From assembly GCF_009914755.1 (NCBI RefSeq), contig NC_060931.1: DNA of 64,000 bases. One strand, written 5' to 3'. Of this stretch, positions 15,417 through 27,584 are shown piece after piece (within the stretch, counting starts at the first letter, position 1; every line of letters starts with the position of its first letter). Below the pieces are notes generated by a model. That model did no database searches, was not told the origin of the DNA, and worked only from the letters and a program-made list of their open reading frames with translations. The position numbers were made by a program, and so were the translations under genes. The stretch is from the human T2T-CHM13v2.0 reference genome, Homo sapiens.

Positions 15417-16067
15417 TCAATTTGCCAGTCCTGGGCAGGGGCAAATCCTCGAGCTTGATTGTGTAGGAAAGGGAGGGGGCCTGAATAATCCCTGAGGAGT
15501 AGTAGAATAGCAGATGGAACACTGAGAAGTGATTTCTTTGAGGACAGATTTCCAGGATGGAAAGGAAATGAGAGGTTCTAAGAGACGGGCTAGCGGCTTA
15601 TAACTTACGTGGAAGAGGTTAGGAAAAGACGACAGAATAGAATGGGCCTGTGAGGCTGGAAGGAGATATTTTCCTTGGTCTAAGAACCATTTGCCTTGTA
15701 TGGGAAGAGATTGATAGGTGGAAGTTTCAGCGGGGGAGTAGGTGGGAGGGACTGATGTGAAGGAGAAAAACTGGCCTTGAGGGACAGAAATTGGAAAGCT
15801 AGCTGCTTGTCTAGCCACCTTATCAGCATAAGCGTTGCCTAGAGCAATGGGATCTGACACCTTTTGATGGTCTTTGCAGTGAATGACTCCAGCTTCCTTT
15901 GGAAGTAAAGCGGCCTTGAGCAGAGTTTTTATTAAAGAGGCATTAATGATGGAGGACTTCATCATTAGTGAGGAAACCTCTGTCAGCTTATATAACAGCA
16001 TGGTGGTGCAGAATATGAAAGGCCTATTTAGAGTCAGTATAAATATTGACGCGTAGTGCTTTTGCAA
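15417..16067 (-). pseudogene. HERV-H RNase H C-terminus and integrase N-terminus fragment
   Basis: HCKDHQ...GNAYADK, then a degenerate HHCC motif (FPNLFH...CSIC). Frameshifted at both ends. Confidence 0.88.
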
Positions 16068-16718
16068 GAGTGAGGGCTTGAGTTAAGGCAACTAATTCGG
16101 CTTGCTGAGAGGTAGTGGAGCGGGGCAGAGCAGTAGCCTCAATGACAGATGTGGAAGATACTATAGCATAGCCTGCCTTTGCTGGTTAGTGGCGATTAGG
16201 CCTGGTGGAACTGCCATCAATAAACTAAATGTGATCAGGGTGAGGAACAGGAAAGAAGGAAATATGGGGAAATGGAGTGAATGTCAGGTGGATCAGAGGG
16301 ATACAGTCATGAGGGTTAGGTGTGGTATCCGGAATAATGTGGGAGGCCGGACTGACGTCTGTGCCAGGAACAATGGCAATTGTGGGAGGCTCAACAAAGA
16401 GTGAGTATAGCTGAAGGAGCTGAGAAGCAGAAAGTATATGCGTCAGGTATGAGGAAGAAAATAGATTTTGGAAGTTATGAGAACTGTAGAGAGTGAGTTG
16501 AGCATAGTTTGTGATTTTTAGAGCCTCTGAAAGTATTAAAGCAGCAGCAGCCGCTGCACGCAGACATGAGGACTAGGCTAAAACAGTAAGGTCAAGTTGT
16601 TTGGACAGAAACGCTACAGGGTGCGGTCCCAGCTCTTGTGTAAGAATTCCAACCACACTAACTATGCCTAGGAAGGAAAGGAGTTGTTTTTTTGTAGAAG
16701 GGATTGAGGTTTGGGAGA

Positions 16719-17045
16719 TTAGTCGGACACGATCAGCAGGGAGAGCACATGTGTTTTTACGAGAATTATGCCAAGATAGGTAACAGATGAGGAAGAAATC
16801 TGGGCTTGACTGAAGTAATGGGGGCTGTCTGTGAAGCCTTGTGGCAGTACAGCCCAGGTAATTTGCTGAGCCTGATGGGTGTCAGGGTCAGTCCAAGTGA
16901 AAGCGAAGAGAGGCTGGGATGAAGGGTGTAAAGGAATAATAAAGAAAGCATGTTTGAGATCCAGAACAGAAGAATGGATTGTGGAGGGAGGTATTGAGGA
17001 TAGGAAAGTATATGGGTTTGGCACCATGGGGTGGATAGGCAACAC
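16719..17045 (-). pseudogene. HERV-H reverse transcriptase fragment with internal deletion
   Basis: LDLKHAFF and LPQGFTDSP jump directly to VTYLG, so the YxDD motif is missing. Confidence 0.9.
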
Positions 17046-17345
17046 AATTTGGTTGATAAGGCGCAGATCCTGAACTAACCTGTAAGTCTTATCTAGTTTT
17101 AGGACAGGTAAAATGGGGGAATTGTAAGGAGAGTTTATAGGCTTTAAAAGGCCATGCTGTAACAGGTGAGTGATAACAGACTTTAATCCTTTTAAAGTGT
17201 GCTGTGGGATGGGATATTGGCATTGAGCGAGGTTAGGGTGATTAGGTTTTGATGGGATGGTAAGGGGTGCATGATCGGTCGCTAAGGAGGGAGTAGAGGT
17301 GTCTTATCCTGGTAGGTTAAGGTGGGGAGATACAAGGGGAGAATG

Positions 17346-17693
17346 TTAAGGAGGTTTTGAACTGGGGGAAAAGGCGGCAATGAGGTGTGGCTGTAGCCCT
17401 GGAATAGTCAGGGAAGCAGATAATTTAGTTAAAGTGTCTTGGCCTAACAAGGGAACTGGGCAGGTGGGGATAACTAAAAAGGAGTGCTTAAAAGAGTATT
17501 GTCTGAGTTGGCACCAGAGTTGGGGAGTTTTAAGAGGTTTAGAAGCCTGGCTGTCAGTACCTACAACAGTTATGGAGGCAAGGGAAACAGGCCCTTGAAA
17601 AGAAGGTAATGTGGAGTGGGTAGCTTCCATATTGATTAAGAAGGGGACGGACTTACCTTCTACTGTGAGAGTTACCTGAATCTCGGTGTCCAT
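17346..17693 (-). pseudogene. HERV-H protease, inactive
   Basis: VPFLINMEATHS replaces the catalytic FLxDTGA motif. PLLGQD motif is also present. Confidence 0.88.
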
Positions 17694-17843
17694 GATGGTC
17701 TAGGGGGCTTCCGAGGTGATCGGGCAGTGTCAGTCTTCAGCTGCTAAACCGAGAAGATCTGGGAAGGAGTCAGTCAGAGAGCCTTGGGCCAGAGTTCCAG
17801 GGGCTCTGGGAGTGGCTGCCAGGTGAGTTGAACAGTCCGATTT

Positions 17844-18062
17844 TCAGTGGGGTCCTACACAGATGGGAGGCGGCTTAGGAGGAATCCCGGGCTCTGGGCA
17901 TTCCTTGGCCCGGTGGCCAGATTTCCCACACTTGTAGCAAGCTCCTGGGAGAGGAGGTTCTGGAGGAATGCCTGGCTGCTGCGGTTCAGGCGTTTGGAAG
18001 TTCTTGTGTGTGGGAGATGTGGCTGGGGTTTGTCTCATAGTGGAGGCAAGGAATTGCAACAT
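17844..18062 (-). pseudogene. HERV-H gag nucleocapsid fragment
   Basis: CCHC zinc knuckle CYKCGKSGHRAKEC. Confidence 0.88.
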
Positions 18063-18999
18063 TTTCTATTATTGTACACCTTGAAGGCGAGGTTAATTAA
18101 GTCCTATTGTGGGGTTTGAGGGCTGGAATTTAATTTTTGGAGCTTTATTTAAAGTCAGGAGCGGATTGGGTAATAAAATGTATATTGAGAATAAGACGGC
18201 CTTTTGACCTTTTAGGGTCTAGGGCCGTAAAGCGTCTCAGTTGCTGCCAAACGAGCCATGAACTGGGCTGGGTTTTTCATATTTGATGAAAAAGAGTCTA
18301 AACACTAACTGATTTGGGAGAGGTCCGATAAAGAAAAAGGGGCATTAACCTTCACTATGCCTTTAGCCCCAGCCACCTTTTTAAGAGGAAATTGCTGGGC
18401 AGGTGGGGGAGGGCTAGTCGAGGAACGAAACTGTAAGCCGGACGGAGTGTGAGGAGGGGAGGTGATAAAAGGATTATAGGGTGGAAGAGCAGAGGCTGAG
18501 GAAGATTCGGGACTTAGCTCAGCCTGGCAAGGAGGGGAGAGGTCAGGTGGGTCTGTAGAAAAGGAAGATTAGAAAAACTCAGCAACACTTAGGGTTGGGA
18601 CTGAGGGGACAGGCAGGAGGGAAAGATGGAAGATCTGGGATGAGTTGCATTGGGAACAGAGACTAGCGAGGGACCAATGTGTAAAAGAATGCCTGGACGT
18701 CAGGCACCTCAGACCATTTGCCCATTTTACGACAAGAATTATTTAGATCTTGTAGGATGGAAAAATTGAAAGTGCTGTTTTCTGGCTATTTGGAACCACT
18801 GTCGAGTTTGTATTGGGGTCAAGCAGCATTGCAGGAGAAAATAAGGCATTTAGGCTTTAGGTCAGGTGTGAGTTGAGGAGGTTTTAGGTTTTTAAGAACA
18901 CAGGCTAAGGGAGAAGAAGGGAGAATGGAGGGCGGAATCTTGCCCCTAGTGAAGGAGGCAAGCCTAGAGAAAAGAGAGAGTAGAGACATGGAAAGAAGG

Positions 19000-19380
19000 G
19001 GTCGGGGGGGTGGTTCTTGCCCCCTAGAAAAGTGGGAAAGGGGTTGGGGCATGGAAATAAGGGGTTGGGGTGCAGAGATAAGAGGTCGGGGCATGGAAAT
19101 AAGGAATCAGGGCACAGAGATAAGAGGTCAGGACTTGGAAATAAAGGATTGGGGGGTTCTTGCCCCCAGAAAAGCAGAGAAGGGGTAGAGACACGGAGAG
19201 AAGGAGTTGGGGGGTGCTTGCCCCCTAGAAAAGCAGTACTTGCCGCTAAGGGTGAAGGAGAAGGGGTTGGGGGGTTCTTGCCCCCTAGAAAAGTGGAGAA
19301 GGGGTACAGACACGGAGAGAAGAGGTTGGGGGATTCTTGCCCCACAGAAAAGCGGTACTTGCCACTAAGGGTGAAGGACC
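19000..19380. repeat. Tandem repeats in the HERV-H leader (about five 21-nt units and five GGGGGTTCTTGCCCC-AGAAAAG units)
   Basis: Read directly from the sequence. G-rich on the plus strand. Confidence 0.85.
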
Positions 19381-19792
19381 AAGGCAGGCGTCCCCGCATG
19401 GTCAGACACCTCTGAAATGTGGGTGAATAATCAGGCAGGCGTCCCCCCGTGATTAAACACCAAGGTAAGACTGTCTTCCCGAGTCCATGACTGGCGCCGG
19501 AGTTTTGGGTCCACGGATAAAATGCGTCTCCTGTCTCTACCAGAAAAGGAAAGGAACTGAAATGAAGAGAAGGGAGAGATTGAAGGGTGGAGCCAAGATT
19601 GAAAGGAGAAAGTGGTTGAGGGATAGTGACAGAAGTTGGAGAAGAGAGTAAGAAGAGGCTGCTTACCCGATTTACAATTGGTGAGATGTTCCTTGGGTTG
19701 GTGGGTCTGAGGACCCGAGGTCGTAGGTGGATCTTTTTCATGGAGCAAAGAGCAGGAGGACAGGGAATTGATCTCCCAAGGGAGGTCCCCTG

Positions 19793-19810
19793 ACCCGATT
19801 CACGGCACCA
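19793..19810 (-). other. Primer-binding site for tRNA-His
   Basis: TGGTGCCGTGAATCGGGT, 16/18 match to TGGTGCCGTGACTCGGAT, 2 nt after the 5' LTR. Confidence 0.93.
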
Positions 19811-19812
19811 AA

Positions 19813-20215
19813 TTTCATGCGCATCTGTGTGAAGAGACCACCAAATAGGCTTTGTGTGAGCAACAAGGCTGTTTATTTCACCTGGGTACAGGCGAGCTGA
19901 GTCCGAAAAGAGAGTCAGCTAAGGGAGATAGGGGTGGGGCCGTTTTATAGGATTTGGGTAGGTAAAGGAAAAAGGGGGTTTTTCTCTGGCGGGCAGGAAT
20001 GGGGGTCACAAGGTGCTCAGCAGGGGAGCTTTTGAGCCAGGATGAGCCAGGAGAAGGAATTTCACAAGATGATGTCATCAGTTAAGGCAGGAACAGGCCA
20101 TTTTCACTTCTTTTGTGGTGGAATGTCATCAGTTAAGGCAGGAACCGGCCATCTGGATGTGTACATGCAGGTCACAGGGGATATGATGGCTTAGCTTAGG
20201 CTCAGAGGCCTGACT
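19813..20215 (-). promoter_or_regulatory. HERV-H 5' LTR (LTR7)
   Basis: Runs from (A)GTCAGGCCTCTGAG to CATGAAA. TATAAAA at 19949-19943, GC box at 19940-19931, AATAAA at 19877-19872. Confidence 0.95.
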
Positions 20216-20579
20216 ATATATATATAAATTGAAAATACAAACATCAAACTAGATGTCATGGTAACTAATGCTGAGCTCCAAGAAGAATGAATTGTTGTGG
20301 ACTAGAGTAGTCAGGAGAAACTTTATGTAATAGGTGGCTGCTGAGCTGGGACTTCAAAGTTGAGTACAAGCTGAAATTGTGGAGATGAGGTTATGCCAGC
20401 GAAGAACCATGGTGAGAGCAAAATCAAAGAGATACAGGATATATGGGATGTTAGAGGCAATGAGTGGACTAGGATTGGTCCCGCTGGCTGGTTTCTAGTG
20501 ATATTTGGGAAAGTATTAAGGGAGATAGATTTGGAAAAATAATCAGGTAGTGGAAGACTTTATTCTGCAGGTACTGAGG

Positions 20580-21015
20580 AGTGTGGCAGAGATTTGCTAG
20601 TTGACAGCAGTACTCATTACCCATTCTTTCTGTGTGGTTATTGAAATTCCTGGTTTAACCTGATGCATGAGTGTTCGGAACAAAAAGCATTTACGACCCT
20701 TCCTTGTAGCTGTGTGGTGTCAATGAAAGTGGTGTGTGCTTCTGAGTAGGTCCTTAAAGGGAAGAGGTATGCTTCCTTCCCTTTAACTTTCCCATTGTCT
20801 GGCCTATTGTGTGAAATGTGGAAGTAGGCTGCTGCTTGGGTCCATGTGAGCAAAGCAAACACCTCAGCGTTGTAGAGTAGCCAGAGAGAAGGATCCCGAG
20901 TCCCAGACACCTTCAGGCAGCCATAGTTCGGGTTACTCACATATGCATTTTATGAGCTAAAATTTCACTTCTATTTTGTTTAAGCCACGGTATTTTGAAA
21001 TCTCTAATATAGCAG
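20580..21015. mobile_element. MaLR MLT1-type LTR
   Basis: Ends with tgtttaagccac..tattttg...atagcagc, typical of MLT1. Confidence 0.5.
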
Positions 21016-21239
21016 CCAAAATTTTGAATTGAGCTATTGCTTCCTTGTAGTCCTCATGGTAGCCAGGCAAGGCCTAGGGTGGCCAGTGGCCCCTGAGCTT
21101 CACGTATCCTAGCGTGTCTTATAAATAACATATACATGAATGAGTTGGGAAGCTCTGCCTTTCTTACAACAAGGAACCTCTGGAAGTGTTCGAGTAAGGA
21201 AGCAGCAAGATAAGAATAAAGTTTCACAAGAATTAATCT

Positions 21240-21520
21240 GAGTGATAGTTAACAGATCAGTGTTGCCTGGGGCTAGGAGAGGGGAATGCAGGATTTATCA
21301 CAGATGGGCAAGAGGAAACTTTTTGACACGATGAAAATGTTCTAGATCTCGATTGTTGTTGTGGTTACATGAGTATATATAGTTGCCAAAACTAATTAAC
21401 TATATACTTGAAAGGGGTATATTTATTAGGGGTGTGTGTGTGTGTATGTGTGTGTGTATATATATATAGTATGTTTTTATATATATATGTATATAAAATC
21501 TCAATAAAGTTGATTAAAGA
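21240..21520 (+). mobile_element. L1M 3' end fragment
   Basis: cagtgttgcctgggg...aaatgttctagatctcgatt...ctcaataaagttgatt. Confidence 0.7.
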
Positions 21521-21530
21521 ACTTAATTTG

Positions 21531-21909
<379 letters not shown>

Positions 21910-22639
21910 TTAGACAAGAGCATCATTTTGATTTGGCCTGGTGATATTGATTTACATGTAGGAGAATTTGGCTTTTCTAGGTAAAGAATCATCTGAGCTT
22001 CACCACAGGCTGGTGAAGATACCATGCCACAAAATGGGGAAAGTGGAAGTATAGCTCTGCCACATATTAGCTAAGTAAATGTATTCAGTCTCTTGGAGTC
22101 CCTCTTGTTCATTTGTAAAATAAAGTGGGGTGCCTGCAAATTGCAAATGAGTTGTGAAGAACAGAGAAAATAAGTGTAAAGCACCTCCTACATGTGCCTG
22201 GTACCTAGTACGCACCCCTGAAAGTATGAGGTAAAGAGTGATTGCAATTAACACATAAAAATAGAAAAAGAAAAGCTTTCAAGATCAAGATGATACCAAA
22301 GATTCTCCTATATATGTTTCTAGGATGTGAGGAAATGAGAACTCAGTTCACAGGGGAGACGAATCTGCTTGTAAATCTCAGGATGACAATAGGAAGGGGG
22401 TTGGGTGAAGCAACATAGCAGTTGGCAGTGTTTTAAAAAAGGGGCAGCTTCTTTGCCAGAGAAGATTCAGTAGTATAGTGATTTCTTCTTTCTTTACCTC
22501 CCTTGACTCATCCACAGGAGAGGGAATTCAGACAAAAGGAAGCTTCTGTGGCAATCTATTTAAGATTCTCCTCATATAAGATTTGGTTCCCAGCCCATTT
22601 TCTGTCAGGCTTCCTGAGATGGGAAAGCAATGCATAAAA

Positions 22640-23000
22640 ATTCTCAGGCTTGACAGTGAATTCTCCTGAGCTCCAGACTGAAATTTACAGCTGCCTGTAG
22701 ACATCTCCATCTGCATGTCCTGCAGGCATCTCCAACTCTGTGTCTCAGACCAAATTAATTACCCTCTCATACTCGTTCCCCTCCAGTCTTCCATCTAGGT
22801 TAATGCCATTGCCAATTTGCCAGGCACAAAATCCAGAAATTTCAGTACTTTTACTTCTTGTCCCACACTCCCTGAGGTCTAGCTACTGCCAATTTTTGTG
22901 GATTCACCCTGTTGTGATCTGTTTTATGCACTCTGTTTTTTGACTTCCATTGTCCTGGTGAGGATCCTTATCCCTCTCCAGGACCACAACAACAGCAATC
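22640..23000. mobile_element. L2 fragment
   Basis: tctcctgagctccagact...gacatctcca...caggcatctc core. Confidence 0.65.
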
Positions 23001-24665
23001 TATTCAGTCTCCTGCCAGGGCCTGCAGTGTGTACAACTCTCAAGTGCTCCACTTACCTAGGCTGTGGTCAATGGTGGCCCACCCACCCAGGAATTGCAAA
23101 ATAAGTATAACTGTCTCCTGGTCCCCTCTTTCTCACTTGGCTAATCCAGTTAAATTAATGAAATATTCATCATTTCTCTTTCTGAAATTGCTTCGGTGAC
23201 TTTACTTTGGGCCTACAGAACAAAGCACCCAAACTCAAATTTCATTCATTTCCTGTCCCATGGCATCTCTTCAATCATTCTATGATCTAACCACATTGAA
23301 CCATAAGTCATAACTCCAAAATAATGTATACTTTTTAACCTCAAACTCATGGCTCATGGAATATTTTCCATGAGCCAGCTAGACTCCACTGCTCCTTCTG
23401 ATCCAGCTTGAACGCCATCTCCTTGGCATAGCTGCCTTAATTCCACTCTACTCCATCTCTTATTCTTAAGAAGGGCCCCACTCACTGCATATTCCCTTAT
23501 TTATTTTTCCTGTGGTTAGCACAAGTGTCTCTAACCCAGATTCTACAGTGTTTAAGGACAGACATCATCTCTTGTTGCCATCTCTGAGTCTCCAGGGCAC
23601 TTTGAATGGACTTTTAACCAGTCTAAAAATAATCTTCTTAAATTTCTACTTTTAAAAAATGGTGATTTTTTTTTTTAACCAAAGAAAGCTTTTAAAAATT
23701 CCCAAAGAAACAGTTAACAGTTTTGTTTGCAATGTACCCAAATAGTGAACTCCCTCAGCTCTACTGCATTAAATATACTTTTTTAACTCCCTTGCAGTTT
23801 TATTATTCCAGGTGCACTGCTACCATAAGAGGCTTTGTGAGCTACTGCTATAAATGTCATTCATTCCCATTAAGCAAGTGTATTATATACAAAACGATTG
23901 TCTAAATTTATGTTGACCATTCTAGAGGGTAGTGTATCAGGTAATACATCAAAATATCTGAGGTCTAAAAATGTAGAAAGCAACTTTTATAATTTGAGGA
24001 CTTTTTATTTTACTGAGCCCAACATATTATATGCTTGCTCTTGCTGTGACTGTAAGACATATCACAAAAAGCAGCAGCTAAATTTGACCATTATACAAAT
24101 AATTCAAACAAAACTCATACATAGCTATCTCAGTTACGTGGGTATTTTAGGTGAAATTACAGGGATTTGGGGTATTGAGGAAGTTATTAAAAGGGATGCT
24201 TTTGGCTCTGATTGAACAAGTAATGTACTCAGTTTTCATTAAAATCTATGGAAGATTTTAAACATGGCAGTCAATTTCAAGGATTATATTCCTTAACTCA
24301 TTTGAAGAGAATTTGAAATTAACTAAGAGACTCATAGTCTCTTAAAAATTAATAAGTTATAAAACTGTGATATGCAAACATTGAAAAGATGAACACAAAT
24401 GGGCATATTTTTATATTATCTCAAACAAGTATATTATTTAACATTTAGGTAAAAAGCAAAAGTGAAAAATGGGCATCTTTTTGACTCTTCTCAGTGAAAA
24501 TACATATTCTTATAGGTCCATTCCGGAGTTTGGAAATCAATATTAATACTTTATGCAATCATTCTTTCTCATGTTTTTCTCCCCTTGACAATCTTCTCAA
24601 GTGGCATAAGTGCTTGTAATGTATTAAAAAGTAGGCAGAGACAAATCATTACTCTCTAGAAAATA

Positions 24666-24671
24666 TTTATT
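24666..24671 (-). terminator. Polyadenylation signal AATAAA, probable main TSPAN12 site
   Basis: tttatt on the plus strand. On the minus strand TGATTTGTCTCTG...TTTTT follows about 20-40 nt downstream. Confidence 0.75.
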
Positions 24672-25136
24672 GACACATTTTAATTTTCTTTCCATATTCT
24701 GAGAAATAAACAAAATACACAAAATACAGTAAAATGCACTTTTCCCATTTCAAATAAATATACTATACTCTTGTAAAAAAATTTAATAATCTGTGTAATT
24801 TGCCACAGTATATTAATCAGTGAAATAAAACAAAGAATCTCTAAATTGTCACATGTTTTAATGATTCTCACAAGCATTTTTCTGGAGAAAAAGAACACTA
24901 TTTTCTGTAGAATTTATATTGACTTGGAGACTATTGCTTCTTGTTTGGAGAAGGCAAAGATAAGCTTTTTAAAAAGTGTTTAGTGTCAAAAAGAGTCTTC
25001 ATTTGGGAGAAAAACAGCATACAAGTCCTTTCTGAATCAACTAAGTTATGTGCAAATTTTCTTATTAATACTTCCTAAAGACCAGACTACATTCTGAATA
25101 ATGATTCCTATGTATCACACTGGTAATTTTCAAAAT

Positions 25137-25144
25137 TAGTGGTT
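25137..25144 (-). promoter_or_regulatory. miR-140-5p 8mer site (AACCACUA) in the 3' UTR
   Basis: Seed match only. Confidence 0.4.
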
Positions 25145-25415
25145 AAGTATTTAAATAACAGTTATATGTGTAATATAAGCCCAGGACAGAATAGTAAAGC
25201 TTTATTAACAGGAAAGGCTAAAAATAATGATGCTATACAGGACAAATTTTCCTTTTCATAATGGTTATTCTTAACATTATCAGAACTGAAATCGACTGAA
25301 TTATACAGATTTAACACAGACTTATATACAAAAAATCCCTGATCAGCTTAAGACAATGTGTTAGCTTGCTCTTTTAAGTGGTAAGAATATTTTAGTAACC
25401 AGCAAAAATCACATT

Positions 25416-25423
25416 TAGGTAGT
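25416..25423 (-). promoter_or_regulatory. miR-196-5p 8mer site (ACUACCUA) in the 3' UTR
   Basis: Exact complement of seed AGGUAGU plus A1. TSPAN12 is recalled as a reported miR-196b target. Confidence 0.65.
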
Positions 25424-25920
25424 CACCAATATTGAAAGTTTTCTGATATATAATTTATTTAGCATCAGAAGAATAGATCGCTGAGTAATAAAAGTTATTA
25501 GTATTTTCTAACTTCCTATGTTAGCATTTAATTAGTACTTTATATACTAGTTGGTAGAAGTAAATCAACCTTTACTATGGCTCCAGTCCCACCATATGTG
25601 ACTCGTTTGCATGGATGCGGAAATGCTAATCAAACCATGCTGCCTCAAAACATAACTGTGTTCAGTAAAAGTCATACACAGGCTACACAGTGGGTATGAC
25701 ATCTGTCTTCAGCATTTTAAGGGCATCAATTATTGTCCAGGTGGTGACTTATGACATGAAACTTTTCCATCCTCATTTTAAAGCATAGAATAGTATATGC
25801 TTAGGTGTTATTTTATGGCAACATTTTTATTTCTACATATTTCTGAAACACATAGTATGTACTCAAAAATTCACAAGTCCAATAAAACAAGTTTGTGGTT
25901 TTCTTCTGTGACATTTCTTT

Positions 25921-26256
<336 letters not shown>

Positions 26257-26507
26257 TTAGATATGTTACAGAAGGCCAAAAATAGTTAATGAAAGCAAAC
26301 AATCTGTATCAGTTAATGAAATCAGACTAACTGGGATCATAAAGTTTAAGACAGTGGTTCTCAGGGAAAGCTGATGAGAAGAAGGAGAGAGGGAGGTGTG
26401 TAGCTTTTGAAAAGCCTGTCCAGCTGATTCCAATGAGCCAACCCCTTCTTTTGTCTTTCTCAAAACCTGAAATTGAGGCCCACTGACATAAAACCCAACA
26501 TCTAAAG

Positions 26508-26715
26508 CAGGGGTTGACAAACTTGTTTTCTTTTTTTAGAGAGACAGATAGTAAATATTTTGGGCTCTGTGGGCCATATGGTCTCTATGGCAACTACTCA
26601 TCCCTGCCACTGTCACAAGAAAGCAGCCATAGATGGTAAGTGAATGAATGAATGTGGCTGGGTTTCAGTGAAACTTCAAACACATAAAAAGGCATTAGGC
26701 CAGATCTGGCACACA
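26508..26715. mobile_element. MER58-type hAT-Charlie DNA transposon
   Basis: caggggttgacaaac...gggccatatggtctct...ggccagatctggc. Confidence 0.75.
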
Positions 26716-26974
26716 ATGTTTACGATTTAATAATACTTAACACCGGTTTGGTAAAGTCGCTTCTCTGGCCGCCTTAACCTATTTGATACAAACACAAGAA
26801 ATTTGCACAAACACAGACATAGACATACATTCTGTGGGAAACTAACATAGACATCACAAAGACAACTCACCAAAATTTAAGTATTTTACAAAGAGTTCCA
26901 CTCAAGTATTCTATAAGAGCTCATTCACTCTTAGGTTTATGTGTTGTTTTAATAAGCATCTTTATATGACACAG

Positions 26975-27584
26975 TGATACAGGAGATAGAAATTATTTAG
27001 GCAGATAGTGAGGGTAAAAGAGTCCTCGGTGGAATTTCCCTTTTAACAAAAAGCAGCTCCAAAATCATTAATAGAACTGCCTGAAAAATTGAGCTGTAGA
27101 CATAGACAAGCAAGCTGGAAGCTTGCACAGGTGAATGCCAGCAGCTGTGCCAACAGAAAAGGGCTACCTGGGGGCCACGTATGTTCAACATGGAGGGTCC
27201 ATCGTCCCTTGTCTTTGTGTATACAGTAAAGAAACAGGTAATATGGTGCCAGCCAAGTAGAGGACCATCTGCACAATAAAAGATTAGGGTGGGGGGTGGC
27301 CAGATTTTCATGCACTATGCGAATGGTACACCTGATCTGACCAATCTTTCGTGCCCTGTGTAAATCAGACTCCGCCTCCTCAAGCTCATCTTTAAAACCT
27401 ATTGCATTTTGCTGTGGACCGGAAAACCCACTCGGGAACCCTCTCTGCAGGAGAGAGTTCTTCTCTTTCTTGTGCCTATTAAACCTCCACTCTTAACCTC
27501 ACTCCTTGTGTGTTCGCATCCTTGATTTCCTTGGCCTAAGACAACTAACCTTGGGTATTACCCCAGAGGAACGATGCCACTTCA
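26975..27584 (+). mobile_element. ERV1 solo LTR (MER50-like), antisense to TSPAN12, in intron 7
   Basis: TGATACAGG...CTTCA termini with 4-bp TSD ACAG/ACGG. A MIR follows at about 27590-27790. Confidence 0.8.

Larger units (their letters stand above)
24650..25920 (-). other. TSPAN12: TSPAN12 3' UTR (3' end approximate)
   Basis: Repeat-free AT-rich sequence between the stop codon and an AATAAA followed by U/GU-rich sequence. Confidence 0.8.

Noticed and set aside
15417-17693. Possibly functional retroviral enzymes
   Set aside because: The protease lacks its catalytic Asp, RT lacks YxDD, the integrase HHCC is degenerate, and there are many frameshifts.
19000-19380. Repeat-spacer-like periodicity suggesting a CRISPR array
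   Set aside because: The spacers are themselves repeats, the context is a primate retroviral leader, and there are no cas genes.
18905-19748. Long overlapping ORFs (278, 132 and 105 aa) in the HERV-H leader
   Set aside because: They arise from stop-poor tandem repeats in the provirus leader and show no recognisable domain.
24607-24615. miR-302/372-type seed match (AGCACUUA)
   Set aside because: It lies just beyond the probable cleavage site, so it would matter only in an extended UTR.
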